Shown here piece after piece: positions 60,112 through 64,000 of a stretch of 64,000 nt of DNA; positions within the stretch are counted from its first letter, which is position 1, and each line of letters starts with the position of its first letter. The stretch is from Spirochaetales bacterium (GTDB lineage: Bacteria; Spirochaetota; Spirochaetia; UBA9216). Where the stretch lies: the NCBI GenBank assembly GCA_016342585.1, contig JAEINK010000011.1, positions 29,757 through 93,756 of the forward strand, given 5' to 3'. Position numbers and translations under genes: made by a program. The notes beneath the pieces are model-generated. The model did not search any database and was not told the DNA's origin. It was given only the letters and a program-made list of their open reading frames with translations.

Positions 60112-61431
60112 TTATTCTGTTCTGTATATCAGGATCCTGGAGTTTCTATCCTTATTGTACTTCTCCCGCTTCTCCACAGGGAGATCTTCCAGAGTGCCTG
60201 GAGTAAATCCCATCTCCAGGAACCAGTCGGATGTCTGGGTTGTAAGGACGAAGACCGCCTTCAGCCTCCTCTCTCTGGCCTGCTCTATCAAATAGGAGAC
60301 GATTTTCCTTCCTATTTTTAAATGGTTAAATTTTGAATCAACAGCAATCCCGGCGACCTCGGCTTTGCCATCATCATAAAGGTGGAGCCCTCCACAGCCG
60401 TGAATGATCCCATCCATGTCATACACAAAATAGTCCCCCAGGCCATCTTCCAGCTCCTCCCTGCCCCGGGGGACGAGGATCTTCTGGTTTATGAAGGGTT
60501 TCATCAGACTGAGGACGGAGCTTATATCCTGCCGCTTCATTGGCCGGATCCTTTCATAAATGTTGGAATAGATCATGGTTCCAATGCCAAGGTTTGAAAA
60601 GATCTCCTGAAGAACAACCCCTTCTATCCTTCCGTCCAGGATATGAACCCTGTTTACACCCTCCCGGCAGGCCTCCACCGCCATGCGTATTTTACCTGTC
60701 AGGGGATTCTCACTATTCCTGGCAATAAACTGTTCCGCCTGCGAAATAGAAAGCTTGGAGAGTCGCCCCTCATTGGACATGCTGATATCGTCGGGCAGGT
60801 TGATCCCCTGTTTTGTCAGGACATCTTCGGCCGAAAGGAAAAAAAGTTTTGAGGCTTCCATTTTCCGGGCTATCATGGTTGCCAGCTCATCGGAGGATAT
60901 ATTGTAGGGATCCCCGTTGTTGTTCCAGCCTATACAGGGGAAAATAGGGATATGCCCCTCATTCAGGAGTGTTTCTACCGCATCGGTGCGGATTCTATCA
61001 ACCTTTCCCGTATGCTGATAATCCACTCCGTTTACGACTCCCAGAGCGCGGGCCTTAACCCAGCTGCCAATAACCGATGGTATATTGGATCCGGACAAAA
61101 GTGTCATAACCTTATTGGATACATCGAAGGCCGCCATCTTAATAAAATTGATACTCTCCTCAGTGGATATCCTGACACCCACTTCCGAGTGGTAGGGGAT
61201 TTCATATCGTGTGAGTATTTCGTCGATCCTGTCTTTTGCTCCGGGAATAATTATTATCTTGATCCCATTCTGATGAAGGAGGGCCAGGTCTTTAACCAAC
61301 AGGGAGAAATAGGAGTGATCAATAATCTGACTGTCAATTTTCAGAACAAAGAGGGCGTTCTGAAACCGGCGGTTATAGGAAAAGACCTCCCTGATTAGGT
61401 CTACATGTTCCCGAGACTGATTGCTGTCCAT
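60112..61431 (-). CDS. argA: Amino-acid N-acetyltransferase (N-acetylglutamate synthase, AAK plus GNAT)
   Basis: GVDYQHTGKV, EIFSNLGIGT and VFVLTTQTSDWF..GF...LP motifs. ATG 61431 sits 8 nt from a GAAGGAG SD; the track's TTG start at 61482 is part of a TTGACA box. Confidence 0.93.
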   Translation of the reverse strand: MDSNQSREHVDLIREVFSYNRRFQNALFVLKIDSQIIDHSYFSLLVKDLALLHQNGIKIIIIPGAKDRIDEILTRYEIPYHSEVGVRISTEESINFIKMAAFDVSNKVMTLLSGSNIPSVIGSWVKARALGVVNGVDYQHTGKVDRIRTDAVETLLNEGHIPIFPCIGWNNNGDPYNISSDELATMIARKMEASKLFFLSAEDVLTKQGINLPDDISMSNEGRLSKLSISQAEQFIARNSENPLTGKIRMAVEACREGVNRVHILDGRIEGVVLQEIFSNLGIGTMIYSNIYERIRPMKRQDISSVLSLMKPFINQKILVPRGREELEDGLGDYFVYDMDGIIHGCGGLHLYDDGKAEVAGIAVDSKFNHLKIGRKIVSYLIEQARERRLKAVFVLTTQTSDWFLEMGFTPGTLEDLPVEKREKYNKDRNSRILIYRTE

Positions 61432-61588
61432 ACTCATGACTCCTTCGATGTCTATAATTCCTGCCATCCGGGAGATTGTCAAGACTCTCGTTTACAGGAT
61501 TACTTTTTTCGTATTAATCTTCTTATCACTGTTATAATAAGCAGAGAATCAGGATTATGGTTCAATATTCAAATTCCGGGGGAGCAGT

Positions 61589-62713
61589 ATGAAAAACATC
61601 CGAATTGGATTAGCCGGCTTCGGTCCCATTGGTATCGTTCACCTTCTGGCCTATAGAAATATTCCTCTCATTTATACGGGGCTTCTGCCTCCTTTTGAGG
61701 TTGTCGGTGTTTGTCAGACAAGCAGGGAAAAAGCCGAGGAGACGGCGAGGAGAGAAAACCTTGAAAGAGCCTACGCCGACTTTGATGAGATGGTAGCAGA
61801 CCCCTCGATCGATATTATCGATATCGTGACGCCAAATTATCTCCATAAGGACCAGGTTCTGAAGGCTCTCAGGTCCGGGAAACATGTTTTATGCGAGAAG
61901 CCTTTGGCGCTTAACGGCAGGGAAGCTGACGAGATAGAAAGAGTTGCGGCTGAGTCGGAGTGTACGTTCGGGATGATTTTCAATTATCGTTTTATTCCTG
62001 CTATCATGAAGGCCCGACAGCTTATCGAGGCAGGACGGCTGGGCGAAATTTACACCTTCCGGGCGGAGTATTACCATACGGGATATCAGAACCCGGAGAA
62101 ACCGTGGTCCTGGCGGATGGATCGGGAACGATCCGGTGGTGGTGCCTTGATGGATTTAGGAGTTCATGTGATCGATCTTGTCCGGTACCTTCTGGGGGAG
62201 GTGGATTCTATACAGTGTAAAACCAGAACGTATATTCCCCAGCGCTTTGATCCCCACTCTTCCCGAATGGAACCGGTCACTGTTGATGATGCGGCCTGGG
62301 CTCATATCAATCTTAAGAACGGGGGAGTCGGAACCCTGGAGGTTTCACGATTTGCCACAGGGGCTCTCGAGGACCTGAAAATTACCGCCTATGGCAGTAA
62401 AGGAGCCTTTCGTTTTGATCTGATGGATTCGGATTTCCTCTACTGGTTTGATCCCGATGATGAGATGGCCGGTTGGAAACGGTTAGAGACTGTTCCGAAA
62501 TATAAGGATGCCCGTACCCCCAATCCTCGAAGTACTGCCGGGTGGATCCGTTACCACACGGAAAACCAGTACCGGTTTCTGAGATCGGTTGTGGATAATA
62601 CTACCTTCCTGCCGGATGTTCATGATGGGGCCATGGCCAACCATATAATCGATGCCGCCTATGAAAGTGCTAACTCTTCACGGGATTGTAAGGTGGCCGA
62701 TGCGGCAGATTAA
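61589..62713 (+). CDS. Gfo/Idh/MocA family oxidoreductase
   Basis: GFGPIG, TPN..H, KHVLCEKP and GGGALMDLGVH motifs. Confidence 0.93.
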   Translation: MKNIRIGLAGFGPIGIVHLLAYRNIPLIYTGLLPPFEVVGVCQTSREKAEETARRENLERAYADFDEMVADPSIDIIDIVTPNYLHKDQVLKALRSGKHVLCEKPLALNGREADEIERVAAESECTFGMIFNYRFIPAIMKARQLIEAGRLGEIYTFRAEYYHTGYQNPEKPWSWRMDRERSGGGALMDLGVHVIDLVRYLLGEVDSIQCKTRTYIPQRFDPHSSRMEPVTVDDAAWAHINLKNGGVGTLEVSRFATGALEDLKITAYGSKGAFRFDLMDSDFLYWFDPDDEMAGWKRLETVPKYKDARTPNPRSTAGWIRYHTENQYRFLRSVVDNTTFLPDVHDGAMANHIIDAAYESANSSRDCKVADAAD

Positions 62714-62775
62714 AAATTCTTTTAATGAGGGGCTTTTTCAGAAAACTAACTTAAATTCAATCAGGAGGATTGATT

Positions 62776-63264
62776 ATGTCCGTAGCTATTGTTTATCTCT
62801 CTGGTAAAGGTTGGGTAGCGGAGCGTGCTGCCGAGCTGTCGGGATTAATCACAGATGATGTCACCCTTATAAATTTAAAGGATAGAAGCGCCGGTCAGGT
62901 TGACCTTCTGGCGTTTGATAGGGTTGTCATCCTTGGTGCTGTCCGGATGGGCCGGTTTCCCGGTAAGCTGAAGAGGTACTGTTTTAAAAATGAAGCCCTC
63001 CTGCTAAAGAAAAAAATCTCCTTTGCCTATGCCTGTCTTGAAGAGGATGAAGGGAAGAAGAATGCATATCTGTTATCGGCGTTTCCCCCCTCACTTGTAA
63101 AGGGGGCCTTTGCCAAAGTCTGGATTGGCGGTCGTATTCGCCTGAGTGACTATGGCTGGATTCAGCAGAAAATGCTTGCCCCTCTTGTAAAAGATGATGT
63201 CATCGAGAAAAAGCTGAGTGAGAATATAGAAGTCCTCGCCGGGATGATTAATGAAAAATTATGA
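62776..63264 (+). CDS. Flavodoxin-domain protein (Flavodoxin_5/HemG-like)
   Basis: IVY.S..G....A, D.VVILG.V.MG and GGR motifs; AGGAGG SD. Confidence 0.72.
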   Translation: MSVAIVYLSGKGWVAERAAELSGLITDDVTLINLKDRSAGQVDLLAFDRVVILGAVRMGRFPGKLKRYCFKNEALLLKKKISFAYACLEEDEGKKNAYLLSAFPPSLVKGAFAKVWIGGRIRLSDYGWIQQKMLAPLVKDDVIEKKLSENIEVLAGMINEKL

Positions 63265-64000
63265 TCTTGTTATAGTTGGTGGCGGGCCCGCCGGTATCAT
63301 GGCTGGCATATCCGCGGCTGCCGAGGGGCTCAAAGTTTGTATACTTGAGAAGAAGAGTAAGCCGGCCCGTAAACTGCTTATTACCGGAGCCGGCAGGTGT
63401 AACATCACCCATACCGGGACTCTCCAGGATTTCTTTGAGCACTACGGCGGCAGAGAACGGTTTGTAAAACCGGCTCTCTATTCATTTCCACCGGAAGCTC
63501 TCACAGCCTTTTTTCATGATAGGGGTGTGGAATTCAAAGAGCTGAATGAAGGGAAGATCTTTCCTGTATCGGAGAAGAGTACGGAAATATTAAAAACTCT
63601 TCTGACCGAATGTGAAAAACTAAATGTGTCTATTCATAATGGTGAATCTGTATCCGAGGTAAAGGTCAAGGGAGATCAATTTTCGGTTACATGTGATTCG
63701 GGACTCCTGTTTGAATCACCTCGGCTGGTTATATCCACCGGCGGCAGCTCCTATGCCGTTACCGGCTCTACAGGGGACGGAGTTAAATTTGCCGCAGCGG
63801 CAGGCCATCGGATTACCGCCATAAAACCCGCCTTAGCACCTTTGGTTATCTCCGACTCTCCTTTTTTTGAATTGTCGGGTATATCCTTGAAGTCCGTACT
63901 CACAGTTTTTAAGGATAACAAGGTTTATAAAAGAGGTGGGGGGGATCTCCTCTTTACCCATAAAGGATTCTCCGGGCCATTAATTTTAAATAACAGCCGG
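63251..64000 (+). CDS. HI0933/BaiN-family flavoprotein (runs off the right edge)
   Basis: Not in the ORF track. Manual translation gives MKNYDLVIVGGGPAG...LEK...ARKLLITGAGRCNIT...TGG.SY..TGSTGDG...LLFTHKGFSGP. Confidence 0.9.
   Translation, partial: MKNYDLVIVGGGPAGIMAGISAAAEGLKVCILEKKSKPARKLLITGAGRCNITHTGTLQDFFEHYGGRERFVKPALYSFPPEALTAFFHDRGVEFKELNEGKIFPVSEKSTEILKTLLTECEKLNVSIHNGESVSEVKVKGDQFSVTCDSGLLFESPRLVISTGGSSYAVTGSTGDGVKFAAAAGHRITAIKPALAPLVISDSPFFELSGISLKSVLTVFKDNKVYKRGGGDLLFTHKGFSGPLILNNSR

Overview
A 64 kb gene-dense chromosomal window from an anaerobic bacterium. Gene content and style suggest a free-living spirochaete (inference, not checked by search). I saw no rRNA, tRNA, CRISPR array, transposase or phage genes. 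Left to right: (1) a YesMN-type two-component pair with its own membrane-anchored sugar-binding protein; (2) a stand-alone ~1600 aa lipoprotein with helical repeats, a PKD domain and a long acidic TPR array; (3) mobA, tetR and a tungsten-family aldehyde:ferredoxin oxidoreductase operon (aor-ferredoxin-moaD) with a consensus promoter and two operators; (4) a complete MBX/MBS-like ion-translocating complex (Mrp module plus NuoH/B/C/D/I homologues); (5) ABC exporter, RRM protein, G1P dehydrogenase, lacZ/araC and recQ; (6) a Cache kinase and sigma54 activator driving a Na+:solute symporter, with a visible -24/-12 promoter and UAS; (7) a BvgS-like hybrid kinase; (8) a CoA-disulfide/persulfide reductase with two rhodanese domains; (9) a TetR-controlled glycoside operon (MFS, GH105, a 685 aa unknown protein, GH1, epimerase); (10) SDR, argA and oxidoreductases. 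The MBX-like complex has fused H/H' antiporter subunits, an NuoI-GltD fusion, altered cysteine motifs and a coupled ferritin-like gene. The best candidates for undescribed biology are this variant MBX complex with its neighbouring redox and sulfur genes, the glycoside operon with the unknown enzyme, and the giant lipoprotein.
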